IMG/VR virus record: IMGVR_UViG_2660238346_000030
From: a virus
Lineage: Duplodnaviria > Heunggongvirae > Uroviricota > Caudoviricetes
Length of the DNA stretch: 34,158 nt
Direction: 5' to 3' (one strand)
Within the stretch, counting starts at the first letter, position 1. Every line of letters starts with the position of its first letter. The notes under the pieces were generated by a model. That model was not told where the DNA came from. It ran no database searches and was given only the letters and a program-made list of their open reading frames with translations. A program made the position numbers and the translations under genes. Below are positions 10,146 to 18,907 of the stretch, piece by piece.

Positions 10146-10718
10146 TCAGGGAGATTTATTGTTCTTATTTGCCGGAAATTTTCGATAAATGGTAGAAACG
10201 CCTACATCAAAAATCAGTGCAATACGCTGTCTTGATTCTCCGGCCTCGAGTAAACGCCCAATCTGTGCCCACTGTTCGCTGGTCAACTTAGGACGGCGTC
10301 CACCTACTCTGCCTTTAGCACGAGCTGCAGCCAGCCCCGCCCTGGTACGTTCAACTATCAGTTCGCGTTCCATTTCAGCCAGGGCACCCATGACATGAAA
10401 AAAGAAACGGCCCATTGGGGTGCTGGTATCAATACTGTCAGTCAGGCTTCGGAAATTCACGCCACGCTGGCGCAGCTCTTCTATCAGCGTAACAAGATGC
10501 CGCATACTGCGCCCCAGTCTGTCCAGCTTCCAGACAACCAGCGTGTCTCCTGCCGATAGTGTCCTGAGCAGCTTTTTCAGCCCCGGTCTGTCGGACTTGG
10601 TGCCACTGATTTTATCCTCAAAAATCCGCTCACATCCCGCACAGTTCAGTGCATTGCGTTGCAAATCGGTGTTCTGGTCATTTGTTGACACGCGTACATA
10701 GCCAATAAGCATGATCAT
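10146..10718 (-). CDS. Serine recombinase, DNA invertase of the Hin/Gin/Cin/Pin family
   Basis: 190 aa; N-terminal catalytic motif GYVRVSTNDQ, C-terminal HTH (GESRQRIALIFDVGVSTIYR); sits beside an inverted-repeat-flanked segment carrying alternative tail fibre ends. Confidence 0.9.
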   Translation of the reverse strand: MIMLIGYVRVSTNDQNTDLQRNALNCAGCERIFEDKISGTKSDRPGLKKLLRTLSAGDTLVVWKLDRLGRSMRHLVTLIEELRQRGVNFRSLTDSIDTSTPMGRFFFHVMGALAEMERELIVERTRAGLAAARAKGRVGGRRPKLTSEQWAQIGRLLEAGESRQRIALIFDVGVSTIYRKFPANKNNKSP

Positions 10719-10767
10719 CCCCCTGAATAAAAACCGGAGATGATGCCAGTTAGCCGTTATCTCTGCA

Positions 10768-10793
10768 TTTTCATAAACGTTGGTTTGGGAGAA
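10768..10793. repeat. Crossover site A (gix/hix-like) of the invertible segment
   Basis: TTTTCATAAACG TT GGTTTGGGAGAA; fits the TTnTCnnAAACC-NN-GGTTTnnGAnAA pattern; inverted partner at 12668-12693. Confidence 0.6.
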
Positions 10794-11153
10794 GCAGCGA
10801 AACGGGGGGTGGGAACAGGGGAAAATCAGATACCGGACATGGCTTCTTTTGCCAGTGGTGATGGATGGATGAAATTACCAAACGGTAAAATTCTGCAATA
10901 TGGTCGAGGTGAGGCTATGCCGAAATTATCGACGCAAACAATGAGGATTACATTTCCTATCCCTTTCCCTAAAAAAGCGGACTGCGCCATGCTTACTCAT
11001 TCTGGTGATGGAGGTGCGCCTTTAGGCGCTGGGCGAGGGTTCGTGATGACTGCAGAAGGCCCAACGTTAACCGGCTTTAATTCTGCTTACAGAACGTCAT
11101 CAACCAGCGACACGGTATCGATGAATTACAGTTGGTGGGCTGTTGGTGAGTAA
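10782..11153 (+). CDS. Promoterless alternative tail-fibre C-terminal segment (expressed only after inversion, fused to the constant part of H)
   Basis: Open frame beginning exactly at the crossover core, in phase with H across the site (GLGE motif on both sides); ends 11 nt before the downstream assembly gene. Confidence 0.55.
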   Translation, partial: GLGEAAKRGVGTGENQIPDMASFASGDGWMKLPNGKILQYGRGEAMPKLSTQTMRITFPIPFPKKADCAMLTHSGDGGAPLGAGRGFVMTAEGPTLTGFNSAYRTSSTSDTVSMNYSWWAVGE

Positions 11154-11173
11154 TTTTATTCAGGGTGATTTAT

Positions 11174-11617
11174 ATGAACGAATATGTTTATAGCGCAAGG
11201 CATAATGCTTTTTTCCCTGTGGATATGATTGATAAATATAAATCAGAGGGATGGGATTTATCAGACGCTAAGGAAGTAAATCAAAATATTATCAGTGAGT
11301 TTATGGATGAACCGCCACAAGGAAAAATCCGTATTGCCGGAGATGATGGGCTGCCTGCGTGGGCAGATATTCCTCCACCCACGCATGAAGAACTTATTGA
11401 AATTACTGAATCAGAAAGACAGCTACTAATTCACCAGGCCAACGAATACATGAACAGTAAGCAATGGCCCGGTAAAGCCGCTATTGGTCGTCTGAAAGGC
11501 GATGAGCTTGAACAGTATGGTTTGTGGCTTGATTATCTGGATGCTCTGGAAGTTTTAAACACCTCCAGCGCACCAGATATCGAGTGGCCTAACTCTCCGG
11601 AGGAACAGGCCAGATAA
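11174..11617 (+). CDS. Tail fibre assembly protein, alternative copy (Mu U'-like)
   Basis: About 147 aa from ATG 11174 (ORF track starts at GTG 11165); C-terminal motif shared with the opposed assembly gene (both end in ...APxIxWPxxPE-like sequence); convergent overlap with it. Confidence 0.75.
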   Translation: MNEYVYSARHNAFFPVDMIDKYKSEGWDLSDAKEVNQNIISEFMDEPPQGKIRIAGDDGLPAWADIPPPTHEELIEITESERQLLIHQANEYMNSKQWPGKAAIGRLKGDELEQYGLWLDYLDALEVLNTSSAPDIEWPNSPEEQAR

Positions 11618-12188
11618 TAACAGGAGCCGTTGATATATCGACGGCTTGTAGTGCTTTGATGTAGCTCATCCAGGCGATCAGGCTAGCTTTATCTTCATCG
11701 CTGATAATGCCTAACTGTAGTTCTGTCTGCCAGAGACTGATCGTTGTCTGGGCCTCAAGCAGGAGCGCAGCTTTCTGTTGTTCCGCCGCTTCCACGTCCG
11801 CCGCGTTCTGCGCTTCCGTATCTGTCACCCACTCGCGACCGTTCCACGTATCGTAAGGCGTATCAGGTGCCAGCGTGGTGGTGCCTTCCGGGTATTCACC
11901 AGGCAAAGAAACGATCTCCGGCTCGCCTGTTTCAGTGCTGTACACCGTTTCACCACGGTGATCCGCGACGTATTCCCAGGCGGCAAAATCGGCTGTCCGG
12001 CAAATAGCAAAACCCTCTTTGCTCTCGCCGGGGGCGTCAATGCATGAGTTGGCTGGAATACCTACGCCCACGGCCAGATATTCAACAGATATAGAAAGGT
12101 ATTCTCGCGTCTCGTCATCATAGTTAAATACTGTAATATCGCCTGCCTCTGTGGCGATAAGTTCGTTGTTTAATTTTGCCTGTGCCAT
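11589..12188 (-). CDS. G: Tail fibre assembly protein gpG (copy active in the present orientation)
   Basis: 199 aa immediately downstream of H; tail fibre assembly family. Confidence 0.82.
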   Translation of the reverse strand: MAQAKLNNELIATEAGDITVFNYDDETREYLSISVEYLAVGVGIPANSCIDAPGESKEGFAICRTADFAAWEYVADHRGETVYSTETGEPEIVSLPGEYPEGTTTLAPDTPYDTWNGREWVTDTEAQNAADVEAAEQQKAALLLEAQTTISLWQTELQLGIISDEDKASLIAWMSYIKALQAVDISTAPVIIWPVPPES

Positions 12189-13729
12189 TATGCAGCCCTC
12201 ACAATGTAGTTAAATGCAACGTTTCGCGGCCTCGTTTCACTACCAAACATTTTTGAACCAAGTGTTGCCTTTGCGGTATATGTCTGCAATACCGTGCCAG
12301 TTGACGGGTTTGGGTTATATTCATTAGTTCCGTTCGGGTAATAAGCCATTGACGCATTGTTATCTATAAAAACAGCCGTCATTGGACCATCTCCGCCAGA
12401 ACTTGGTGAAGTTGGAATCCAGTGCCGGTGATCGAATGACATAGCACCCTGAGCAGAAAGCAAACCTCGCCCGCTATCAGCCCCGCGCCCGTCATCCCAG
12501 CCACGAATAAATTCGCCTCTTAAATCAGGCAATCTGAGTGCAGGATAGGCCTGAGCCAATTTGGGGTACTGAGAAGCGGTAAACGCTGCTCCATTGCATT
12601 TTAGCCATCCAGTTGGTGGAGTTGCTGACGGCCACGGAACAGGCGCACCAACAGGTAATGCTGAACCTTCTCCCAAACTAAGGTATGCGAGAAGACCAGC
12701 TACATCCTTTCCACTCAAATTGGTAAGCGTATTGTCCAGCGGTTGTTTACCTGCCAGCGCATTAAGCATTGTCGTGGCAAAGTTCGGATCATTCCCCAGT
12801 GCCGCCGCCAGTTCGTTCAGTGTATCCAGTGCCGCGGGTGCAGAACCCACCATTGCTGCAATCGCTGATTTCACAAAAGCTGTAGTGGCAATCTGTGTAT
12901 TGTTGACCGACTGTGCCGCAGTAGGTGCTGTTGGCGTTCCGGTGAGTGCTGGACTCGACAGCGGCGCTTTTTGTGCCAGCGCATTGTTAATGGTGGTACT
13001 GAAATTCGGATCATTGTTAATGGCTGCGGCTATTTCTTTCAGCGTGTCCAGCGTGGCTGGCGCACCATTAATAAGAGCCGTCAGAGCCGCCTGAACAAAC
13101 GCGGTGGTCGCAATCTGCGTGGTGTTATTCCCTGCTGCTGGCGTTGGCGCTTTGGGTGTCCCGGTAAACGTCGGACTTTCTTTGGGTGCATACTGTGAAT
13201 GCGGGTCCGGTGCGGCAAGATGTTTTGCCATCTGATCATCCGCGTACACCTTCAGCTCCAGTGCCTTGTCATCCACATACTTGCGGGTTGACAGCACTAC
13301 AGCAGGGTCGATTTTCAGGGTGATATTGTCCGTGCTGCTGGTAATCAGCACCATGCGCACGGTCTGAGTGCGCCCGCTACCTTCAGCCAGTTGCGGCTTA
13401 TAGCTTTCCGGGCAGTTTCCCACGGCAATCAATGCCCCTGATTCATCAAACAGGCCCACTTCACGTATCCACCAACCGCCCTCGTTTTCAGGGATCACCT
13501 GTTCAGCAATAATCTGGCTGCTGTTCTGCGGGTCGATATAGAGCATATTCAGCGCAGCCCGGCGTTTCTCATTTACTAATGCTGTCTGCTTTGCGTCCGG
13601 CGTTGGCAATGTTCCGCCACCATCGCCGACCGCCATATGGGTAATTTTTAAAGGCACACCGAGCGCGGCGGCGCTGGCAAGTTTCGCCGCGCCAATATCC
13701 GTTAGCAGGGTATAAAATTTTGTGCTCAT
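12188..13729 (-). CDS. H: Tail fibre protein gpH (constant N-terminal part plus currently expressed variable C-terminus)
   Basis: 513 aa with two tandem copies of the tail-fibre repeat (NNTQIATTAFV...DTL.E.A...NDPNF) and a C-terminal receptor-binding-like region; crossover site at codon about 350. Confidence 0.88.
   Translation of the reverse strand: MSTKFYTLLTDIGAAKLASAAALGVPLKITHMAVGDGGGTLPTPDAKQTALVNEKRRAALNMLYIDPQNSSQIIAEQVIPENEGGWWIREVGLFDESGALIAVGNCPESYKPQLAEGSGRTQTVRMVLITSSTDNITLKIDPAVVLSTRKYVDDKALELKVYADDQMAKHLAAPDPHSQYAPKESPTFTGTPKAPTPAAGNNTTQIATTAFVQAALTALINGAPATLDTLKEIAAAINNDPNFSTTINNALAQKAPLSSPALTGTPTAPTAAQSVNNTQIATTAFVKSAIAAMVGSAPAALDTLNELAAALGNDPNFATTMLNALAGKQPLDNTLTNLSGKDVAGLLAYLSLGEGSALPVGAPVPWPSATPPTGWLKCNGAAFTASQYPKLAQAYPALRLPDLRGEFIRGWDDGRGADSGRGLLSAQGAMSFDHRHWIPTSPSSGGDGPMTAVFIDNNASMAYYPNGTNEYNPNPSTGTVLQTYTAKATLGSKMFGSETRPRNVAFNYIVRAA
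12668..12693. repeat. Crossover site B of the invertible segment, inside gene H
   Basis: TTCTCCCAAACT AA GGTATGCGAGAA; reverse complement matches site A in 11 of 12 positions of one half-site plus the core. Confidence 0.6.
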
Positions 13730-14331
13730 GGATTCACTCTCATTGTGTCAATAACATGGACCGCCCCGCCTTCATGCGCGGTGCCGCCGGAAATAATTGT
13801 TTCGTTGATATACGGATAGATCGTGATTTCTTCGCCAAGATAGCTGGCGGCTCCCACCCAATGCGGGCCGCTGGTCTGCAGGTTGATGGACATGCCGATC
13901 ATGTGACGGCTACATGGTTTGGCATCGCTTATCAGTCGCTCAAGTTCCAGATAGGTATCTTCAGTGATGCCCTGGTCCTGCACACCGATATCCAGACGAA
14001 ACGTGCCCGGTGCCTCTCCGGTCTGCCACCACTCAATAATGCGGATCAGAAAGCCGAACGGCTCCACCACCCGCCGCACGGCACTGGTGGTCCCTTTATG
14101 CTGATGAATATAAAAAGCATCCTTCACCACCTGGCGCTTGACGCTTTCTGTCCAGCTCTCGTCCCAGCGATCCACAGAGAACGCCCAGGCGAGATAAGGC
14201 AGGAAACTGACTGGACAGGTTGCCGGATTCCACAAGTCACGCAGCGGCACCTGCAGATCAGAAATCCCGCTGCAGGTTTGCGCCAGTCGGCGCTCCAGTA
14301 GTGTTGAACCCGGTGGCAGCAGACTATTCAT
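13726..14331 (-). CDS. I: Baseplate assembly protein gpI
   Basis: 201 aa, synteny J-I-H. Confidence 0.8.
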   Translation of the reverse strand: MNSLLPPGSTLLERRLAQTCSGISDLQVPLRDLWNPATCPVSFLPYLAWAFSVDRWDESWTESVKRQVVKDAFYIHQHKGTTSAVRRVVEPFGFLIRIIEWWQTGEAPGTFRLDIGVQDQGITEDTYLELERLISDAKPCSRHMIGMSINLQTSGPHWVGAASYLGEEITIYPYINETIISGGTAHEGGAVHVIDTMRVNP

Positions 14332-15232
14332 CCGTTCCTCCGTTGGTTACGCTCCACTGCGTACATGATGCCGCCTGTGTTTTGTTCAGGACCACATCCG
14401 CCAGAGGAGAAGCCAGCTCCACACGCTGCACACCCTCAACATGCAGGGCGGCAAAGATGGCGCTACGGCGAATATCCCGACCAAGACGTGTCTGACTGGC
14501 GATGTACTTCTGCAGGCTGGCTTTTGCCGCTGCCATTACCGGCTCTGCTTCCGGTCCCGGATAGAGAAAAATGGTGGCTTCCACGCGATACGGGATGATT
14601 TCTGCGCTGCGAACCGTAAGACGGTCAGCCACCGGGCGGACGTTCTCACTGTTCAGAGCTTTTTCCACCACGTCCAGCAGGTCTTTTTCTGCAGTTCCAT
14701 CGCCTTCGCGGCTAAGGACAGTCAGCACCACCTCTGCAGGTGCCGGGCTGGTTGCACTGGCATCCGCCACCCGACCGTCGGCGCTTCGGGCATGAAATTC
14801 ATAAGCTGCAGTTGGCCCCGCAACTGAAAGCCCTTCAAAGGCTGCAGGCACACGCAGGCGTAACGCTTCATCGCTTTCCATCACAGCTGCAACGGGCGGC
14901 ACAGCGTCATTATCAGCAGGCGTCACCGTCAGGCGTTTCACGTTGTAGTTGGCAGCGAGCTGGTCAAGATCGCTGCCCATCGCGTAAGCCACCATCACAG
15001 CCTGCGCGGCTTCGTTAATGCGCTGGCGCAGAAGCAACTCACGGTAAGCGTTCTCCTGCAGCAATTTGGTGACGGGTTCAGATTCCAGTTCCAGCGTGCG
15101 GATCACTGCTTCCTGCTCATCTTTCGGATGAAGCGCCACAAATTCTGCCTTGCGTTCGGCAAGCAGCGTCTCAAAGTCCGGCACATCCACAATCTGCGGC
15201 GCAGGCAACTGCGAAAGGTCAATCACTGCCAT
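14324..15232 (-). CDS. J: Baseplate protein gpJ
   Basis: About 302 aa from internal ATG (MAVIDLSQLP...); ORF track extends to 15271. Confidence 0.82.
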   Translation of the reverse strand: MAVIDLSQLPAPQIVDVPDFETLLAERKAEFVALHPKDEQEAVIRTLELESEPVTKLLQENAYRELLLRQRINEAAQAVMVAYAMGSDLDQLAANYNVKRLTVTPADNDAVPPVAAVMESDEALRLRVPAAFEGLSVAGPTAAYEFHARSADGRVADASATSPAPAEVVLTVLSREGDGTAEKDLLDVVEKALNSENVRPVADRLTVRSAEIIPYRVEATIFLYPGPEAEPVMAAAKASLQKYIASQTRLGRDIRRSAIFAALHVEGVQRVELASPLADVVLNKTQAASCTQWSVTNGGTDE

Positions 15233-15578
15233 TCTCTGCTCCTGTTGATACGGAAAGGGAAACAGGCACACCGTTATTACGCCGCCCGTTCAGCGCCACC
15301 ACCATTGAACCGTCAAAATTGCTGTTAATAGTGATGGAATCCAGCGTCAGCCGTGGCTCCCAGCGACTCAGTGCCACATACACAGCCGACATAACCTGCA
15401 GGCGTAACGCCGGATTTTGTGGCTGATCTATCAGTGCCGACAGCAGGGAACCATATTCCCGACGAGCAATGCGGCTACCCTGCGGCGTCAGCAGAATGTC
15501 CCGCACCGACTGGCGCAGATGGTCAATATCAGTAATGGCTTTACCGCTGGTATTGTTCATCCCGCTATAAAGCGTCAT
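15219..15578 (-). CDS. W: Baseplate wedge protein gpW
   Basis: 119 aa, synteny V-W-J. Confidence 0.8.
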   Translation of the reverse strand: MTLYSGMNNTSGKAITDIDHLRQSVRDILLTPQGSRIARREYGSLLSALIDQPQNPALRLQVMSAVYVALSRWEPRLTLDSITINSNFDGSMVVALNGRRNNGVPVSLSVSTGAENGSD

Positions 15579-16153
15579 ACCGGGCCTCCGGTTGTGTCGC
15601 CGCCTTTCAGGACGCCAGTATGCTGATGCGCATCAACCACGATCCCGTTAGAACTCATCGCTCCGCCGCCCTGGGTAACGCCACCATTGATCACCACTTC
15701 GCTGTTAATGCGCGTGCGGTCAGCCTCCAGTACAAACTCACTGGTTTTCATGGTGATGTTGTCAGCGGCCTCAATGACCATTGATTTGATGCCCCTGACA
15801 TACCAGCGCCCGGTGGCGGGTTCGTATTCAAACCAGCCACCGTCCGGGTACTCAACCACGTTGCCGTCCTCAGAATCTGAAGGTGGCGGAAACTGGTTTG
15901 AGTAGACCGCAGGCAGGGCAAACGCGGTTTCCAGATTGCCGCCCAGACTCAGCAGCACCACCTGCTCACCTTCCGATGGTCGCCACCATGTGCGGGCATT
16001 CCCGGCACGCAGCGTCAGCCAGCTGATCCAGTTGGTTTCAAGCTCGCCCGTTTTCACCCGGCAAAGCCAATTCTCCCGGTCCACTTCGGTGACTACACCA
16101 GTGCGGATCAGGTTGGTGATAAGGCGCATGATTTCGGTTAATTGTGCGTTCAT
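15575..16153 (-). CDS. V: Baseplate spike/assembly protein gpV
   Basis: 192 aa with Gly-rich C-terminus; first gene of the V-W-J-I-H-G operon. Confidence 0.82.
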   Translation of the reverse strand: MNAQLTEIMRLITNLIRTGVVTEVDRENWLCRVKTGELETNWISWLTLRAGNARTWWRPSEGEQVVLLSLGGNLETAFALPAVYSNQFPPPSDSEDGNVVEYPDGGWFEYEPATGRWYVRGIKSMVIEAADNITMKTSEFVLEADRTRINSEVVINGGVTQGGGAMSSNGIVVDAHQHTGVLKGGDTTGGPV

Positions 16154-16199
16154 AGGGAAAGGTTGCCATCAGGGGAAGAAAGGCGGCAGTGCTGCAACT

Positions 16200-16217
16200 T
16201 GTATCAGTGCTGATACA
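16200..16217 (-). promoter_or_regulatory. Putative late-promoter activator site (TGT-N12-ACA) upstream of V
   Basis: TGTATCAGTGCTGATACA, perfect dyad, in the 68-bp S-V intergenic gap. Confidence 0.5.
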
Positions 16218-16221
16218 AAGA

Positions 16222-16668
16222 TCACCCCGCCAGCCATTGCAGAATCATGTCGCGGGTCATTGCCTCAACATCATCATTTACACCCAGAAGGCGACGCTCT
16301 GCGTAACGGACCTCCGGTCCTTTGCGGCTGACGCGATCACGCAGGCCATAATGGTGAACGCGGGCAATGCTCTGCACCTTACCTTCAAACTGTACGCTGG
16401 CAGAATCCGCGCTGGCGGCGGTTTTCAGGTATTTTGTGGTGCGCAGCTTTGCAAACATCTGACGTTTGATGCGCCCTTTTTTACTTCGTGCTGTTACCCG
16501 TCGCGGCTCATAGCTGCTGCCGTCAGGGTTGCGCTGCATCCTGATATTCTGCTGCTGTGTCCGGCGCAGTTCCTGCGCCAGCTGGCGCATCATGCGGCTT
16601 CTGGCGGCTGGCTCCAGATTCGCCAGCAAAGCACTCAGCCAGTCGTCCACCTTCTGCAGTTCAGCCAC
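16222..16668 (-). CDS. S: Tail completion protein gpS
   Basis: 148 aa, GTG start, overlaps R stop. Confidence 0.8.
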   Translation of the reverse strand: MAELQKVDDWLSALLANLEPAARSRMMRQLAQELRRTQQQNIRMQRNPDGSSYEPRRVTARSKKGRIKRQMFAKLRTTKYLKTAASADSASVQFEGKVQSIARVHHYGLRDRVSRKGPEVRYAERRLLGVNDDVEAMTRDMILQWLAG

Positions 16669-17092
16669 GTTTCACCGTCCACATTTCTTCAGGTTCATCG
16701 GGTTCCGCTACAGCTTCAACACTCGACACACTGCCGTCAGTGCTGACCAGCACACGTTCCGTCAGTTGCAGGTTCAGGCTGATATCACAGACATCGTTGC
16801 GCAGAATATCCACCTCAAAGGTGAATAGTTTTTCCCGTAACGCCGGGTTATTGATGGCATCGGGCTGGTTATCCCTCAGCCACAGCAAAACCGGGGCCAT
16901 CAGCAGATTCTGGTCGCCGCTGAAATCCTCAATCACCGCGTTCAGGGTGTAACGGTACTCCCACGACATGGAGCTGGCCCCCGTGGCAACCAGCGAACCG
17001 TTATCCACAAACAGATGCAGTTTGTCCGGGTTATTGCGGACATAAGGCACCGCTTTATTGAGGGCGTGGCGCAGGGATTGTGGTTTGTTCAC
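16661..17092 (-). CDS. R: Tail completion protein gpR
   Basis: Start set at GTG 17092 preceded by AGGAG (ORF track starts at TTG 17113); FVDNGS...RYTLN motif typical of P2 gpR. Confidence 0.78.
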   Translation of the reverse strand: MNKPQSLRHALNKAVPYVRNNPDKLHLFVDNGSLVATGASSMSWEYRYTLNAVIEDFSGDQNLLMAPVLLWLRDNQPDAINNPALREKLFTFEVDILRNDVCDISLNLQLTERVLVSTDGSVSSVEAVAEPDEPEEMWTVKRG

Positions 17093-17345
17093 TGTTTCGC
17101 TCCTGACACGCAATAATCATGTCCACTTTGTCTGCACAGACCGCCCAGGCGGCCTCCGTTTCATCCAGCAACGCGTCCAGATCACCGTTAGTGCGCGGCG
17201 TTGCCTGCTCCAGCCGACACGGCGTCACTCGCGGACAACCACTGACGGTAAGCTGCACCTCCGGTGAGTGTCGGACGTTCCCGCAGCCGGATAATGTCAG
17301 CAGGCAAAGGAGTATCAGCCCAGCGGCGTAAATCCTCGTTCTCAC
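17055..17345 (-). CDS. lysC: LysC, Rz1-like outer-membrane lipoprotein spanin, embedded out of frame in lysB and extending past it
   Basis: Signal peptide with lipobox LSGC (LLTLSGCG); begins inside lysB in another frame, overlaps R start. Confidence 0.6.
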   Translation of the reverse strand: MRTRIYAAGLILLCLLTLSGCGNVRHSPEVQLTVSGCPRVTPCRLEQATPRTNGDLDALLDETEAAWAVCADKVDMIIACQERNSEQTTIPAPRPQ

Positions 17346-17616
17346 GTTTCAGCTCCTCGATCCGGTGTTGTCGTTGTCTCAGCAGCGCGCTGGTCTGTTC
17401 TGCTTCGGCATAGAGCCGCGCCTGCTCCCGGTTATTGGTTTCAGTCAGAATGGACAGGCTAATAAGCTGGCTGTTGCTCTTTGCCAGTGTCTGGCTTTTG
17501 CTCTGCAGCTCGTCTGACTGCGTGCTGATGGTCTGGCTGGCATCAGCCAGCCGCCACGTCTGCCAGCCCAGCGCCGCCAGTAATAACGCCAGCACAACCA
17601 GCAGCAACCGGTTCAT
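17188..17616 (-). CDS. lysB: LysB, Rz-like inner-membrane spanin
   Basis: 142 aa, N-terminal TM helix then coiled-coil-like region. Confidence 0.72.
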   Translation of the reverse strand: MNRLLLVVLALLLAALGWQTWRLADASQTISTQSDELQSKSQTLAKSNSQLISLSILTETNNREQARLYAEAEQTSALLRQRQHRIEELKRENEDLRRWADTPLPADIIRLRERPTLTGGAAYRQWLSASDAVSAGAGNAAH

Positions 17617-17990
17617 GCTGCTACCTGTTGCGCCATCTGATTACGGGTGATCCAGAAGGCAATAACGGTCAGCAGATAAAAGACCAGGGTAATAGCCCAC
17701 CCCGTCCAGGCGAGACTTACGACAATCAGCAATCGCATCACCCAACTGATAAATACGTTTTCTTTTCGGGTAATTGTCTTCAGCAAAGATGCCCTTAACT
17801 CCTGCCAGAGCGGGCTATTATTAATTAACGCAGCCAGTGCTACCGGAATTACCGCCCATGTCAGCAAACAGGCTACCCAAACGCCGGACGCTGCCAGTAC
17901 CGGAAAAATCCCCTGCGGATACACCATTGCTGCGATTAACAACGCCATCCATAACATCAGAAACAGTCCGCTGATTAATTTCTTTTTCAT
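17613..17990 (-). CDS. lysA: LysA-like membrane protein (lysis timing/accessory)
   Basis: Start at ATG 17990 with GGGAG RBS (ORF track extends to 18062); multi-TM hydrophobic protein between endolysin and lysB. Confidence 0.6.
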   Translation of the reverse strand: MKKKLISGLFLMLWMALLIAAMVYPQGIFPVLAASGVWVACLLTWAVIPVALAALINNSPLWQELRASLLKTITRKENVFISWVMRLLIVVSLAWTGWAITLVFYLLTVIAFWITRNQMAQQVAA

Positions 17991-17991
17991 T

Positions 17992-18504
17992 TCAGTTTGC
18001 TCCCTGTAAACACCAGGCCATCTCCCGCGCACGGCGGTTATCCAGCCCCTGATTAAACACACCTTTTACATAAACCCAGCGCGGCAACTGTCGGCACGCA
18101 TCCGCCCAGCGCCGCTGATTGAGCAATTTCACCAGCGTGGAGCTGCAGGCATTGCCTGTCCCCACGTTGAAGGCAAACGACACCACCGAGTCATACACCT
18201 TTTGTGGCGGCTGTTGCTTCACACATCTTTCCAGCGCCCGCTCCACACGCAGCACGTTGGAGATAAGCCCTTCTGCTGCCTGTCGTTCCGTAATGGTTTT
18301 GCCGGGAATGACGCCCGACGTATTACCAATGCCGTCAGTCCATACACCCGCGCTGCACTGATACGGCTGCAGACGACAGCCTTCGTAATCGGCAATCAGT
18401 TTCAGTCCTTCCACGGAGGTGTGAAGCTGCTGAAAACCCGGCAGCGTGGCAGCAATAGCCAGCACGGTCCCGACAAGGCAGCGTTTAACGATTGATGGAT
18501 TCAT
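17992..18504 (-). CDS. K: Endolysin, T4-lysozyme-like (GH24) with N-terminal signal-anchor-release (SAR) type domain
   Basis: Weakly hydrophobic Gly/Ala-rich N-terminus (CLVGTVLAIAATLPGF) followed by E...D...T catalytic region (EGLKLIADYEG...VWTDGIGNT); GGGAGGA RBS. Confidence 0.82.
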   Translation of the reverse strand: MNPSIVKRCLVGTVLAIAATLPGFQQLHTSVEGLKLIADYEGCRLQPYQCSAGVWTDGIGNTSGVIPGKTITERQAAEGLISNVLRVERALERCVKQQPPQKVYDSVVSFAFNVGTGNACSSTLVKLLNQRRWADACRQLPRWVYVKGVFNQGLDNRRAREMAWCLQGAN

Positions 18505-18700
18505 AGTCCTCCCGCGTGATCTGCCCGTCGCGCAGAAGCTGGTAGGCTTTGTGTTTGTAGTACCAGTTGATAGCCAGCATCAGCACACCGATCATCAGGC
18601 CGCCCAGCGTTGAGGCATCCTTGATGGACAAATCGCCCAGCCAGGCCAGCACGACGGCGATGCAATACGTGATAAAGGCGCTGATTCGCTCAAGCGTCAT
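18485..18700 (-). CDS. Y: Holin (two predicted TM helices, pinholin-like)
   Basis: 71 aa, two hydrophobic helices and charged C-terminus, directly upstream of and overlapping the endolysin. Confidence 0.65.
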   Translation of the reverse strand: MTLERISAFITYCIAVVLAWLGDLSIKDASTLGGLMIGVLMLAINWYYKHKAYQLLRDGQITREDYESINR

Positions 18701-18703
18701 AAT

Positions 18704-18907
18704 TCAGTCCCATAGCTGGACGGTCTGCACGGTGGTGGTTGTCGGAATGTCCGGCAGCTCCACCTGCAGCCCGTGAGGTAAAAAGGGGCCATATTCGGCA
18801 AGCCCCGGATTTGCCTTCAGTACCTGCTCCGTGACACCCTGCGTGCGCCCGTAATGACGCCAGCAAAGCGCGTCCACCGTGTCATACTGATGCGCACGCA
18901 CTTTCAT
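18704..18907 (-). CDS. X: Tail protein gpX
   Basis: 67 aa, same length and position as P2 gpX between L and the holin. Confidence 0.75.
   Translation of the reverse strand: MKVRAHQYDTVDALCWRHYGRTQGVTEQVLKANPGLAEYGPFLPHGLQVELPDIPTTTTVQTVQLWD

Larger units (their letters stand above)
10781..12680. other. Invertible tail-fibre host-range segment of about 1.9 kb
   Basis: Bounded by inverted 26-bp crossover sites with identical central TT; contains two opposed tail-fibre-assembly genes and a promoterless alternative fibre C-terminus. Confidence 0.65.

Noticed and set aside
10740-10781. N-terminal 14 codons of the plus-strand ORF 10740..11153
   Set aside because: This part is read-through across the crossover site with no RBS; the functional unit is the segment from the crossover core onward, expressed only after inversion.
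12594-13094. 166-aa plus-strand ORF within tail fibre gene H
   Set aside because: Antisense to H; Ala/Gly-rich repetitive translation mirroring the tail-fibre repeat.
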